A stretch of 64,000 bases of DNA from Spirochaetota bacterium (GTDB taxonomy: Bacteria; Spirochaetota; UBA4802; JAFGDQ01), in assembly GCA_043803405.1 (NCBI GenBank), contig JAZDKB010000016.1, positions 1-64,000 of the forward strand, given 5' to 3'. The notes beneath the pieces are model-generated. The model worked only from the letters and a program-made list of their open reading frames with translations, was not told the DNA's origin and did not search any database. Below are positions 1 to 9,202 of the stretch, piece after piece. A program made the translations under genes and the position numbers. Numbering within the stretch: the stretch's first letter is position 1; each line of letters starts with the position of its first letter.

Positions 1-73
1 ATATATAAGTATATTTTTAAATAATATTTAAACAAACTTAATAATGTTATATTCCTCATAAAGGAGAATTATT

Positions 74-253
74 ATGCCAGTTAAAAAGAAAGCAGTTGCC
101 CAAAAGAAAAGTACTCCAAAGAAGAAGACTATTGCTAAAAAACCAAAAATGGTGTGTGGTGTTTGTGGGATGGAGGTTATCGTAGATAAAGTTTGCGGTT
201 GCGCCATATCCCATCCGCTGATTTGTTGCGATAAACCAATGCAATCAAAGTAA
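74..253 (+). CDS. 59-aa desulforedoxin-like (CxxC...CC) small metal-binding protein with Lys-rich N-terminal tail
   Basis: Not in the ORF track (<60 aa). RBS AAGGAG at 61-66, ATG 74, TAA 251-253. Translates MPVKKKAVAQKKSTPKKKTIAKKPKMVCGVCGMEVIVDKVCGCAISHPLICCDKPMQSK; CxxC...LxCCxxPM is the desulforedoxin/desulfoferrodoxin N-domain pattern. Confidence 0.85.
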   Translation: MPVKKKAVAQKKSTPKKKTIAKKPKMVCGVCGMEVIVDKVCGCAISHPLICCDKPMQSK

Positions 254-552
254 AGCCCTTTCGGCTGTGAAACAGATTTGGTAATCGCAAACATCAAACA
301 GCTTTAAAATACTCGATTGAGTCTTCAAATCTGAATTTTGACCTGTTACCGGTTCAACATGTACAGGCGTGTCCGGATTATTCGCTCAATTTGTTTTCGT
401 GGGCTGCAGTTCCGGATACTGCAATTTTTTCAAGCTCAGCGGGTTTTTTAAGAGATTCTTTCGGGCCAGGTATAACTCTTGTATTTTCAAAACATAATTG
501 TCTTGCGTTTTCATAAGAATGAAATAGTAAATTTTGCAATATTGATAATACG

Positions 553-1509
553 TTACAGTTCAATAACCATTCCTTCCCGGGCAATATCGAGCTGTAAAGA
601 ACCGCTCTTTTTCAGGTTGATGCCCATATAAGCTTTAGCGTTCGAGAGAACATTATCGAGTTTTTCATCATTATAATCGGGATCATGATGGAACAGGATC
701 AGTCTTTTTACGTTAAACTTGGAGGCAATATCTATTGCGATTGTGGCGGGAGAATGTCCCCAGTCGATTTTATTGATAAATTCGTCAAAAGTATACTGCG
801 TATCAAACACAACAACATCCGCATTCTGAAAAAAATCTTTGTATGTGTCAATATCGTACATCTCATCAATATTGAATTCGCAGTCGCTGGTATATATAAA
901 GGTTTTGCCGTTTTCTTCTATCCTGTAACCGAACGCACATCCCGGATGGCGCATTCTTTTATTTGATATTTTAATGTTATTTAAATATAACTCAGATTCT
1001 TTTTGAAGAGTAATAAATTCTTTTGTAGCCAGCATATAATCAAGATTGACTGGAAAATGCGTAAATACCTGCTGATATTCGATCCTTTCTTTGCAGTCAT
1101 CGTAAGGTGAATAAATATTGAATTTGTTGCCCTTGATAAAAAACGGCAGAAAGAAAGGGATACCCTGCACGTGGTCCCAGTGCGTATGTGTTAACAAAAT
1201 ATTTGCAAATCCGCTGCCTTTGCCGAACTCGCTTTTAACCAGGTCCATGCCAAGAGCTTTAATGCCCGTTCCGCAATCTATGATAAACAGCTCGCCGCTG
1301 TCTGTTCTGACTTCAAACGTAGTGGTGTTCCCGCCGTATGTGCCTTTTATCGAAAACGGCAATGTGTCAATAAACTTCTCAACAGACTCCTCGGTGGCAA
1401 TGTCGGCCGGAGAAGCCAGCGTAAGCGCTTTTTTTATTTTCATTCTGATCATGTCGCTTGAAAGCGGAGTCGGTATTGACCCCCTGACACCCCAAAGTTT
1501 TATCTTCAT
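553..1509 (-). CDS. MBL-fold metallo-hydrolase (RNase Z/PhnP-like)
   Basis: WGVRGSIP start, GGNT, DCGTG, THTHWDH (HxHxDH), WGHS and LFHHDP motifs. Confidence 0.9.
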   Translation of the reverse strand: MKIKLWGVRGSIPTPLSSDMIRMKIKKALTLASPADIATEESVEKFIDTLPFSIKGTYGGNTTTFEVRTDSGELFIIDCGTGIKALGMDLVKSEFGKGSGFANILLTHTHWDHVQGIPFFLPFFIKGNKFNIYSPYDDCKERIEYQQVFTHFPVNLDYMLATKEFITLQKESELYLNNIKISNKRMRHPGCAFGYRIEENGKTFIYTSDCEFNIDEMYDIDTYKDFFQNADVVVFDTQYTFDEFINKIDWGHSPATIAIDIASKFNVKRLILFHHDPDYNDEKLDNVLSNAKAYMGINLKKSGSLQLDIAREGMVIEL

Positions 1510-1741
1510 GCGGTTTATCCCGTAAAAAAACGAATTTAATTTTTCAGTAAATACAAATTAATTGTTCCCAATTTTATATGTAATTAAATTATTCTTTTTA
1601 TAATAACAATATTAATAAATCAAGCATTATTATTAAAATTAACGTTATCCTGAAACTTTCTTTATGGTGCTACAAACGGCGATTACAATAAAAACATTTA
1701 TAAAAATGACCAGCGCTTAAAAATTTTCAGACTCTTTTAAG

Positions 1742-4474
1742 CTATTGTATATATCCCCAACCTCTCAGCACTTCCTTAATGCCGGGACTTAGCCTGATAT
1801 CCTTATCGCTCATGTTCATTTCCATCCAATAATTCAGCGGAATCCTGGAATAATTGACCGATCCATGAGGAATATCTTTTACTTCGAGGCCGGTTTTACC
1901 CTGCTCACGCGCAATATGAAAATCTATTTTATCATTAAGTATAATCGGATTATCAAAATAATTAATACATTCTACTGAAGAATAAATATTTGACCGCGTA
2001 ACAAGTTTATCGTCTTTATATATTCTGATTGTCAATTGTGAATCAGATGGATCGGTTTCAAAACTAAAAAAAGCCGGCTTATCCTTTACTTCGCAGGTAA
2101 AACTTATCTCATTATCCTGATTATGCAAATATGTTATTCCTTCACCATAAGTTTTCGGATAAATTATTTTTCCGTTTGCTGATACAGCCTGTATTTTATA
2201 ATTATGCGGAAATCCATTAGGTGAAGCGGAAATTTGAATAAAATTTTTATCAGGATAATCGGTAAATTGTTCAAAATATTTGTGCCGCATTCTTTTTAAA
2301 AGATCATTATTAAATGTTTCGTGAGCAAGATTATTTATTTCGTTCGGATCGTTTTTCAGATCATACAAATATTCCTGCTGCATAATATATTTTTTGTCTT
2401 TATCGATCCTGTATTTATATAATCCTACAAGATTGATCCAATATTTATATCTTCCATCAGTTACAAATCCTCTCTGGAATCTTCCTGTAAGCGGGATAAA
2501 ACCGGAAAATACTTTATCTCTTTCATCTTTATTTACAAGAAGGTTCTTAAAACTGCGACCGGAAAATTTTTCATTGGATTTATTAATGGTAATGTCTAGG
2601 AGAGTGGGAGCTATATCAAGAGAGCTTATATATGAATTGATTTTACCGGGAATAAATTTTGTATTTAACGGTTTTATTAATATCCATGGTATGTTCATGT
2701 ATAAGTTTAAAAGATGCTGTCCGCCCTCTCTGCCGTAGATAGACCTGCTGTGAAAGGTCGCCACGCTCTGAGAATCACCCGAAGCGCTTTTAATATCATC
2801 ACCCGTAAATTCTCCGCGCAGATATGGAATGCGCCCTCCGCTGTGATCCGCAGTTATAATCACAATGGTGTTTTCGGTCAGTTTAAGTTTCTCAAGCGCT
2901 TTCATAACTTTACCCAGCGAATCGTTTAAATATCTTATGTTGCCGAGCATTTTAGCCAGCTCTATATTAAAACGCATATCCGGCAAAGCCGATAAAAAGT
3001 AGCTCATCGGTATCCATTTAGGCGGATGCGGTACATTGATGTGTGAATACAGAAAAAACTTTCTGTTCTGATTCTCATTCAGAAACTCTATAATGCGGCG
3101 AAAATTTTCCGGCTTTTCAGTCGCTTCCATTGTGTAATCGTAATTCTCGTTAAATCCGAGATCGACGCCTACTCCGGAAACAGCGTGCCCCTGGGCGTTG
3201 CAGCTGATCTGCTTTGTGAAATAACCGTGCTTAGACAGCTCATTGCCGAGAGAAGCAAAATGCAGGCTATTAAACTCACGCTGATTTTCATCTGTCACTA
3301 TATTTCTAAAAACAGGCAGTCGGCTCTTTGTATAAATCTGCGAAGTCCACAGGGGAACAATCGCAGGTCTTGTGACCTGCCCAACAGTAAACATATTTTC
3401 GAACAGGCATATCCGGTCTGCATATTCATCAATCACAGGAGTAATTATTCTTCGATTGCCGAGTTCAGAATATGCTTCGGCTAATTTCTTTTTTTTGAAT
3501 GTATTATAATGTTCATATAGATCAATATGACTTTTCGATAAAGTGTCAAAGATCAGGTAAACGATATTTACGTGCCCGTCCCGTTTGCCGGGATTTACCG
3601 AATACACTGCCGGGGAGCCGATGAACAGGTACTGTTTAGCAGATGCCTTACCTGCGGATTTAAATTCTATCTCCAGAGTGCCGGCCGTTGATGGCAAATC
3701 GATACGTATCTTTTCCCAGCCTGTATTATCGGTAAGTACGCTTCTGCCGGGATGCTGCAAATAAAAAGAAATTGAGGAAAGAACGCTTGAATACCTGAAA
3801 GGTTTTATGTCCGGTTTTCTTTCGGGACTAATATCTTTTTTAAGAAGTATTTTCCGGTTATCGGAAATATAATAAATATTAATGAAGCCGCCCGCAGAAT
3901 CCTTAGCTTCGAGTTCAGGGAGTACTGCATCCAATTCAAGAAAGCGCTTTTTTGCACCGCTGTTCTTAAGGCTGTAAGATGCGCGCGAATTAGCTTTCAG
4001 CACCAGCGAATCTTTCTGATATATATAATAAAATGTTTTCCCTGTCGAATATTTCAGATTATTAGGATGATTCGAATAGTAAGGATTAATATCTATATTG
4101 ATATCTTTTCCCTTGAAATCTGCTGACAATAAAAAGTCGCGGTCTTTCCGGGATAATGGTCTGTCGAATTTTGCCTGCCCGATTTCCCGTATAAGATCCG
4201 TCTCTTTTTCTTCGAGGGCATTGCCTTTATACTTTACCGAATCGGATATCTGCTGAAGATAATCCTGGTCATACGGGAAAAAACAATAATTGTACCAGAA
4301 GATAAGAAAGCCGAGAATTAAAACAAAAACCGACAATGTAATTATAAGAGTATATTTTAACGGTCTGTAAAAAAAACGGAGCTTATTAAATATCTTTTGT
4401 GCCCTTACTATAAGGTCTTTTATTATTTTTATTATTAATAACTTTAGCACACTTATTTCTGTATAATTAAGCAT
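1742..4474 (-). CDS. Membrane-anchored sulfatase-like / alkaline-phosphatase superfamily protein, 910 aa
   Basis: N-terminal TM; NIVYLIFDTL, QVTRPA (Thr at nucleophile position), HPP, TADH, SLDIAPTLLD, YLYDLKNDPNEINNLA. Confidence 0.85.
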   Translation of the reverse strand: MLNYTEISVLKLLIIKIIKDLIVRAQKIFNKLRFFYRPLKYTLIITLSVFVLILGFLIFWYNYCFFPYDQDYLQQISDSVKYKGNALEEKETDLIREIGQAKFDRPLSRKDRDFLLSADFKGKDINIDINPYYSNHPNNLKYSTGKTFYYIYQKDSLVLKANSRASYSLKNSGAKKRFLELDAVLPELEAKDSAGGFINIYYISDNRKILLKKDISPERKPDIKPFRYSSVLSSISFYLQHPGRSVLTDNTGWEKIRIDLPSTAGTLEIEFKSAGKASAKQYLFIGSPAVYSVNPGKRDGHVNIVYLIFDTLSKSHIDLYEHYNTFKKKKLAEAYSELGNRRIITPVIDEYADRICLFENMFTVGQVTRPAIVPLWTSQIYTKSRLPVFRNIVTDENQREFNSLHFASLGNELSKHGYFTKQISCNAQGHAVSGVGVDLGFNENYDYTMEATEKPENFRRIIEFLNENQNRKFFLYSHINVPHPPKWIPMSYFLSALPDMRFNIELAKMLGNIRYLNDSLGKVMKALEKLKLTENTIVIITADHSGGRIPYLRGEFTGDDIKSASGDSQSVATFHSRSIYGREGGQHLLNLYMNIPWILIKPLNTKFIPGKINSYISSLDIAPTLLDITINKSNEKFSGRSFKNLLVNKDERDKVFSGFIPLTGRFQRGFVTDGRYKYWINLVGLYKYRIDKDKKYIMQQEYLYDLKNDPNEINNLAHETFNNDLLKRMRHKYFEQFTDYPDKNFIQISASPNGFPHNYKIQAVSANGKIIYPKTYGEGITYLHNQDNEISFTCEVKDKPAFFSFETDPSDSQLTIRIYKDDKLVTRSNIYSSVECINYFDNPIILNDKIDFHIAREQGKTGLEVKDIPHGSVNYSRIPLNYWMEMNMSDKDIRLSPGIKEVLRGWGYIQ

Positions 4475-4485
4475 AGGTAATTTTT

Positions 4486-6636
4486 CTAATATCTCAATAT
4501 TGGAAATACATAATCTTTTTTAATTACAACGTCATTGTTCCGGCTGATCCAGCCGAATAATAGCTTTTTAAGCCTGGAAAAACTATCTGCATCAACATAA
4601 GCGATATTTTTTCTCTCTTCCGGATCTAGTAATGTGTCGTATAATTCGTATAACACTTTATCTTTCAGAGGCATATATATCAGTTTATATCTTCCATCAA
4701 ATACATATCTGTGTTTAGCAAGATTTATAATGTCTCTGTAATCGTCTTTTAATGCGATTTGCTTATCGAAATGCATGTCCACTTCGCTTAATATTGTAAT
4801 GTCAGGATACATTATGCGCAGTTTCTGAAAAAAAAGATCTTCTTTTAAAGAGTTATCGAACCATATTCCTGTTTCTCCGAAGGCATATAATTTTTTTATG
4901 TTATTACTGCTGCCTTTTATCAGCGGCATCAAAGAAACGCCTTCCATGTATTCGGGAATTGGCTGATTAAGTGCGGCCAGAATGGTCGGTGCTACATCGA
5001 TATGCCTAACTGTTTCGGTAATCTCTTTCTTTGTTTTTGTGATGCCCGGATACTTTATTATAAAAGGAATCCTTATAGTATACTGGCCTCTGAAGTGCTC
5101 GCCGTGCCCCATACCGAGATCGCCTTCATATAGATTCTCCCCATGATCGGAAAGCACAACGATCATTGTATTATCAAGGATTCCTTTGTTTGAAAGATAA
5201 GCCAGCACTTCGCCTATCGCATCATCGAGGGCTTTTAATCCGCCGTCGTACAGGGCTCTTGTCTGTTCAATATCTTCTGCAGGCATCTTCCTGGATTCTC
5301 CGTCTCCATCAAAAGCCAGGATACGCTGTTTAAAATATTTATGCGGGCCGCTGTAATCTTTTCCAGAGTAAAGTCTGTAATATGGATAAGGAGACGAGTA
5401 AGGGAAATGCGTAGATGAAAAAAAAGTCGTTATGAAGAAAGGCTTTTTCGAATCTTTTATCTTATTTATAATTCTGTCTTTAACCAGCTCCGGCGGACAG
5501 AAATAAGCGGAGTCCTTAAGGACAGGAAATATTTTCAGACCCGCTTTCCCTGTAATGAACGGGAACAAAGCGGAATGAGCATCCAGGATAATCTGTTCAA
5601 GAAGAAGGTTAAAATTGAAATACGGCGCATCAACTGTATCGAATCCGAGATCGATCCTGCTGAATATATCTCCGGCATAATCCGCGATGACCGACGTTTC
5701 GTATCCCTGCTGCTTCAGCTCGGTCGCCATGCTTCTGAAATTTCTGTTAAGATCGCGCGATGTAGGGAACATGTGCCGGATACCGTGTGTTGAGGCATAA
5801 CGTCCTGTAAGGGTTGAAACCCATGATGGAAATGTTCTAGGCACTTCAATAAACGTATTTTTAAATGACACACCCTGGTTTATGAGGCTGTCGATATTAG
5901 GAGTAGTATTCCTGAAATAACCGTATCCGCTGAAATGATCCGGCCTTAACGCGTCCGAAGCAAGTATTAGTATGTTCGGCTTTTCATTCTTATAAGACTT
6001 ACTGAATATGCTTTTAAAATCGATGAATAAAATACAGGCTATGAAAATTATTCCTGCTGTAAAATAATATATTTGCTTAAGGACTTTTTTATCTGCTTTT
6101 TTAAGGATTTTAATAAGGTTCAGTAGGATAAAAAAAATAACAACTAAACCTATAATTATCTGGATAAAAGTAAAAAATGCAGGGGAAACGTTATCGCACA
6201 GAAAATCTACTATGAATTTATTAATATCATTCCTTACATAAAAATTATTAATATAAACCTGGGGATAAAGGATCAGATCTTTAAAGAAAAAAATAATAAA
6301 CACAAATCCGCTGATTAATAAATTCAGTATGAAAGAATTACGGCGGCTTAAATTTTTATCAAGAAGACCTTGTACTGAAATCGCGATAAAATAAGAAATA
6401 ATGCTTATAAATATTCCGATTAAAATATAAGCTGCAAAAATCTTAAGCAAATAAAATATTATGGATCCGAGAAAATTATTCAATATATAATCTTCCATCT
6501 GCTTGTTTGTATTGCCCATGTACGACATGGACATGTTCTTGATCAAGCCGTAAACGAACAGAAGGGAAAAAAGCGCAACCCCGCCCAGGCATGGCGCCAG
6601 CTTATATAAACTATTTTTTATTTTTTCGTAATTCAT
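4486..6636 (-). CDS. Polytopic membrane sulfatase-like / LTA-synthase-like protein, 716 aa
   Basis: About 5 N-terminal TMs, then KPNILILASDALRPDH, PRTFPSW, THFPY, SDHGE, GHG, DVAPTIL, ELYDTLLDPEE. Confidence 0.88.
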   Translation of the reverse strand: MNYEKIKNSLYKLAPCLGGVALFSLLFVYGLIKNMSMSYMGNTNKQMEDYILNNFLGSIIFYLLKIFAAYILIGIFISIISYFIAISVQGLLDKNLSRRNSFILNLLISGFVFIIFFFKDLILYPQVYINNFYVRNDINKFIVDFLCDNVSPAFFTFIQIIIGLVVIFFILLNLIKILKKADKKVLKQIYYFTAGIIFIACILFIDFKSIFSKSYKNEKPNILILASDALRPDHFSGYGYFRNTTPNIDSLINQGVSFKNTFIEVPRTFPSWVSTLTGRYASTHGIRHMFPTSRDLNRNFRSMATELKQQGYETSVIADYAGDIFSRIDLGFDTVDAPYFNFNLLLEQIILDAHSALFPFITGKAGLKIFPVLKDSAYFCPPELVKDRIINKIKDSKKPFFITTFFSSTHFPYSSPYPYYRLYSGKDYSGPHKYFKQRILAFDGDGESRKMPAEDIEQTRALYDGGLKALDDAIGEVLAYLSNKGILDNTMIVVLSDHGENLYEGDLGMGHGEHFRGQYTIRIPFIIKYPGITKTKKEITETVRHIDVAPTILAALNQPIPEYMEGVSLMPLIKGSSNNIKKLYAFGETGIWFDNSLKEDLFFQKLRIMYPDITILSEVDMHFDKQIALKDDYRDIINLAKHRYVFDGRYKLIYMPLKDKVLYELYDTLLDPEERKNIAYVDADSFSRLKKLLFGWISRNNDVVIKKDYVFPILRY

Positions 6637-6812
6637 ATAAATATAGACTGATTATTTTATCCTTTAATTAAGTAAAGGAGAATTTGGTTTAATTATTCAG
6701 AAGTCAATCATTATTCGATTAATGTATAAAAATGGTTTGAAAAAAAAAGTGCTTTGCTGCAAATTAAACAGGCTGTTAAATATAATAACTTTTAATAAAG
6801 ATTAAAGTAATA

Positions 6813-7379
6813 ATGAACATACTCGACACATCAATTAACGAACATCTTCAGGTGGTAAATTCGCTTTCCGGCATAAAGAAAGATATTGAAGCGCTTGCCA
6901 CGAAAGCTGTTGATACGTTAAAAAGCGGCGGCAAGATTCTGATAATGGGCAACGGCGGAAGCGCAGCTGACAGCCAGCACATGGCTGCTGAGATCATCGT
7001 GCGTTTTAAAACCGAGAGGCGCGCCCTCCCTGCCATTGCCCTCTCGACCGATTCGTCAATACTAACAGCAGCAGCCAACGATTACTCCTTTGATCTTATC
7101 TTTGCGCGGCAGATCGAAGCCCTTGCTTCAGCGAATGACCTTGTGCTCGGCATCTCCACTTCCGGCAAAAGCCCGAATGTCCTAAAAGGCATTGAGTCAG
7201 CAAAAAAAGCAAAGTGCGCCACAGCAGCACTTCTGGGATGCGGAGGCGGCGAAATAGGGCGCGTTGTGGATACGCCTGTAATTGTGCCTTCCAACAATAC
7301 GCCGCGCGTACAGGAATGTCATATTCTCATTATACATACCATCTGCCAGATAATAGACGAGGCCTTCAATGAATCTTGA
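6813..7379 (+). CDS. gmhA: D-sedoheptulose 7-phosphate isomerase
   Basis: GNGGSAADSQHMAAE, ISTSGKSPNV and RVQECH motifs. Confidence 0.96.
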   Translation: MNILDTSINEHLQVVNSLSGIKKDIEALATKAVDTLKSGGKILIMGNGGSAADSQHMAAEIIVRFKTERRALPAIALSTDSSILTAAANDYSFDLIFARQIEALASANDLVLGISTSGKSPNVLKGIESAKKAKCATAALLGCGGGEIGRVVDTPVIVPSNNTPRVQECHILIIHTICQIIDEAFNES

Positions 7380-8619
7380 TTTTTCCGGCTCGCGCGTTCT
7401 TGTAATCGGTGACGTAATACTCGATAAATATTATTACGGCAAAGTAAACAGGATATCTCCCGAAGCGCCAGTGCCTATAGTAAAAGTTTCCAGGGAGATT
7501 CACCTGCCTGGCGGCTGCGGCAATGTCGTAAACAACATAAAAGGTCTTGGAGCCGGAGCATTTCATATATGCCTTACCGGAAAAGACCCGAATGCGGAAA
7601 TACTTAAACAGGTGCTTACAGGCGCGAATATTAAAAATAAATTTATAACCGTTAATATGCCCACGGTTACAAAAATACGTGTTATCGGCGAACATCAGCA
7701 GGTTGTAAGGCTCGATTTTGAAGAAAAGTTCGAGTTAAATAAAGCTAATAAAGATAAAATATTTTCCGCAATAGACGCTGCGATTGAAAAATCCGGCGCT
7801 GCGGTTATTTCCGATTACGGGAAAGGCTTGTGCACTCCGGAGATCTGCCGCTATATTATACATAAATCCTCTAAAAAAGGTATAGCTGTAATTGTCGATC
7901 CTAAAGGATTTGACTGGGATAAATACAGAAACGCAACAGTGATCACGCCAAATGTCAAAGAACTTGGCGAAGCTGTAGGCAGAGAAATTCCTAATGAAGA
8001 CAACGCGATCGTGAAATCCGGCAGGGAAATAATGAAAAAATATTCGTTAAAGAACCTGCTTGTAACGCGATCGGATAAGGGCATGACCCTCATTACAGAA
8101 GAATCTGTTCAGCATATTCCTACCGAAGCCCGCGAGGTCTTTGACGTATCCGGTGCCGGCGATACTGTTGTGGCAGCCCTTGCTGTTTCGCTTGCGCATA
8201 ACCTCACAATGACGGAATCCGCATCCCTTGCTAACAGGGCTGCGGGCATTGTAGTGGGAAAATTCGGCACTGCGCCTGTTGAAATAGACGAGCTGATACA
8301 CTCCTTCCACAATGGCTCAGCGTCAAAGATTTTATCTTTACACATGTTAGTGCGGATCATCCGGGAATTGGACACTAAAAATAAAAAGATAGTACTGAGC
8401 CTGATAAGGCATGATACAATTGATTTAAAGACTGTGGATTCCCTGCAGAAAGAAAAAGAAGCCGGCGATATCCTGATCGCTCTGATTATAAATACTTCAT
8501 CTGAAGGAAAGACCCGCGAACTTACCGGAATTATTGCAGGGCTCGAATGCGTAGACTATGCTGCGGCGCTGAACGAAACAGAACTTCGGGATGTGATGAA
8601 GCAGATAAAAAATCATTGA
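7369..8619 (+). CDS. hldE: Heptose-7-phosphate kinase (HldE/RfaE domain I) with a degenerate adenylyltransferase-like C-terminal domain
   Basis: GDVILDKY, RISPEAPVP, ISDYGKG, TPNVKE, DVSGAGDTV. The last ~100 aa follow the HldC fold but lack FTNGCFDxLHxGH. Confidence 0.88.
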   Translation: MNLDFSGSRVLVIGDVILDKYYYGKVNRISPEAPVPIVKVSREIHLPGGCGNVVNNIKGLGAGAFHICLTGKDPNAEILKQVLTGANIKNKFITVNMPTVTKIRVIGEHQQVVRLDFEEKFELNKANKDKIFSAIDAAIEKSGAAVISDYGKGLCTPEICRYIIHKSSKKGIAVIVDPKGFDWDKYRNATVITPNVKELGEAVGREIPNEDNAIVKSGREIMKKYSLKNLLVTRSDKGMTLITEESVQHIPTEAREVFDVSGAGDTVVAALAVSLAHNLTMTESASLANRAAGIVVGKFGTAPVEIDELIHSFHNGSASKILSLHMLVRIIRELDTKNKKIVLSLIRHDTIDLKTVDSLQKEKEAGDILIALIINTSSEGKTRELTGIIAGLECVDYAAALNETELRDVMKQIKNH

Positions 8620-8653
8620 TTTACAATACACGTAATTCATAGGTAACAACAAA

Positions 8654-8926
8654 ATGCGTTTTGAATGGGATCCTAAAAAAGCAATAATTAATAAAAAAAA
8701 ACATCGAGTAAGCTTTCAGGAAGCAACCAGCATTTTTGGAGATCCTTTAGCTATTACATTTGATGATCCGGATCACTCGATTTCCGAAAAAAGATATATT
8801 ACTTTTGGATTATCTGATAATAAACGTTTCCTGGTTATTTCTCATACAGAGAGAGGCGAACGAACAAGAATTATAAGCGCGCGTCTTATGGATCGCGCTG
8901 AAAGGAGAATATATGAAGAAGGTTAA
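8654..8926 (+). CDS. brnT: BrnT-family ribonuclease toxin
   Basis: MRFEWDPKKA..NKKKHRVSF.EA..IF.D, E.R....G and RIISAR...ERRIYE signature. Confidence 0.92.
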   Translation: MRFEWDPKKAIINKKKHRVSFQEATSIFGDPLAITFDDPDHSISEKRYITFGLSDNKRFLVISHTERGERTRIISARLMDRAERRIYEEG

Positions 8927-9167
8927 ATCTGATGATTTGCGTCCGGTATATAAAAGAGAAGATCTTGGGAAAGGAACCCGTGGGAAATATATTAAGTCAT
9001 ATAAAAAAGGCACTAATCTAATTCTTCTGAGTCCAGATGTTGCTGAAGTTTTCCCCTCTGAAAAGGAAGTTAATGAGGCATTAAGATATCTGATAAATCT
9101 TGCGCAAAAATCAACTTTATTAAAAAAACGTTCAATTGTACGTGCCAACAAGCTTCATACGCGTTAG
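8913..9167 (+). CDS. Cognate antitoxin (BrnA-like, C-terminal RHH)
   Basis: Overlaps brnT by 14 nt; RGKY...ILLSPDVAEVF...VNEALR pattern typical of BrnT partners. Confidence 0.8.
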   Translation: MKKVKSDDLRPVYKREDLGKGTRGKYIKSYKKGTNLILLSPDVAEVFPSEKEVNEALRYLINLAQKSTLLKKRSIVRANKLHTR

Positions 9168-9202
9168 TCTTACTACTTATCTTCCATCAGAAGAAAAATA
9201 TT

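Noticed and set aside
28..297. Minus-strand ORFs 28..297 and 56..244
   Set aside because: Shadows of the plus-strand 74..253 gene, which has a strong RBS and a recognisable Cys motif.
338..372. Superficial resemblance to a TPP riboswitch (acctg...ccgg) or 6S RNA
   Set aside because: No CTGAGA motif and it lies between convergent genes; family not supportable by eye, so kept only as an unassigned structure.
378..584. 68-aa minus ORF downstream of the MBL hydrolase
   Set aside because: No RBS or motif; it overlaps the structured non-coding region.
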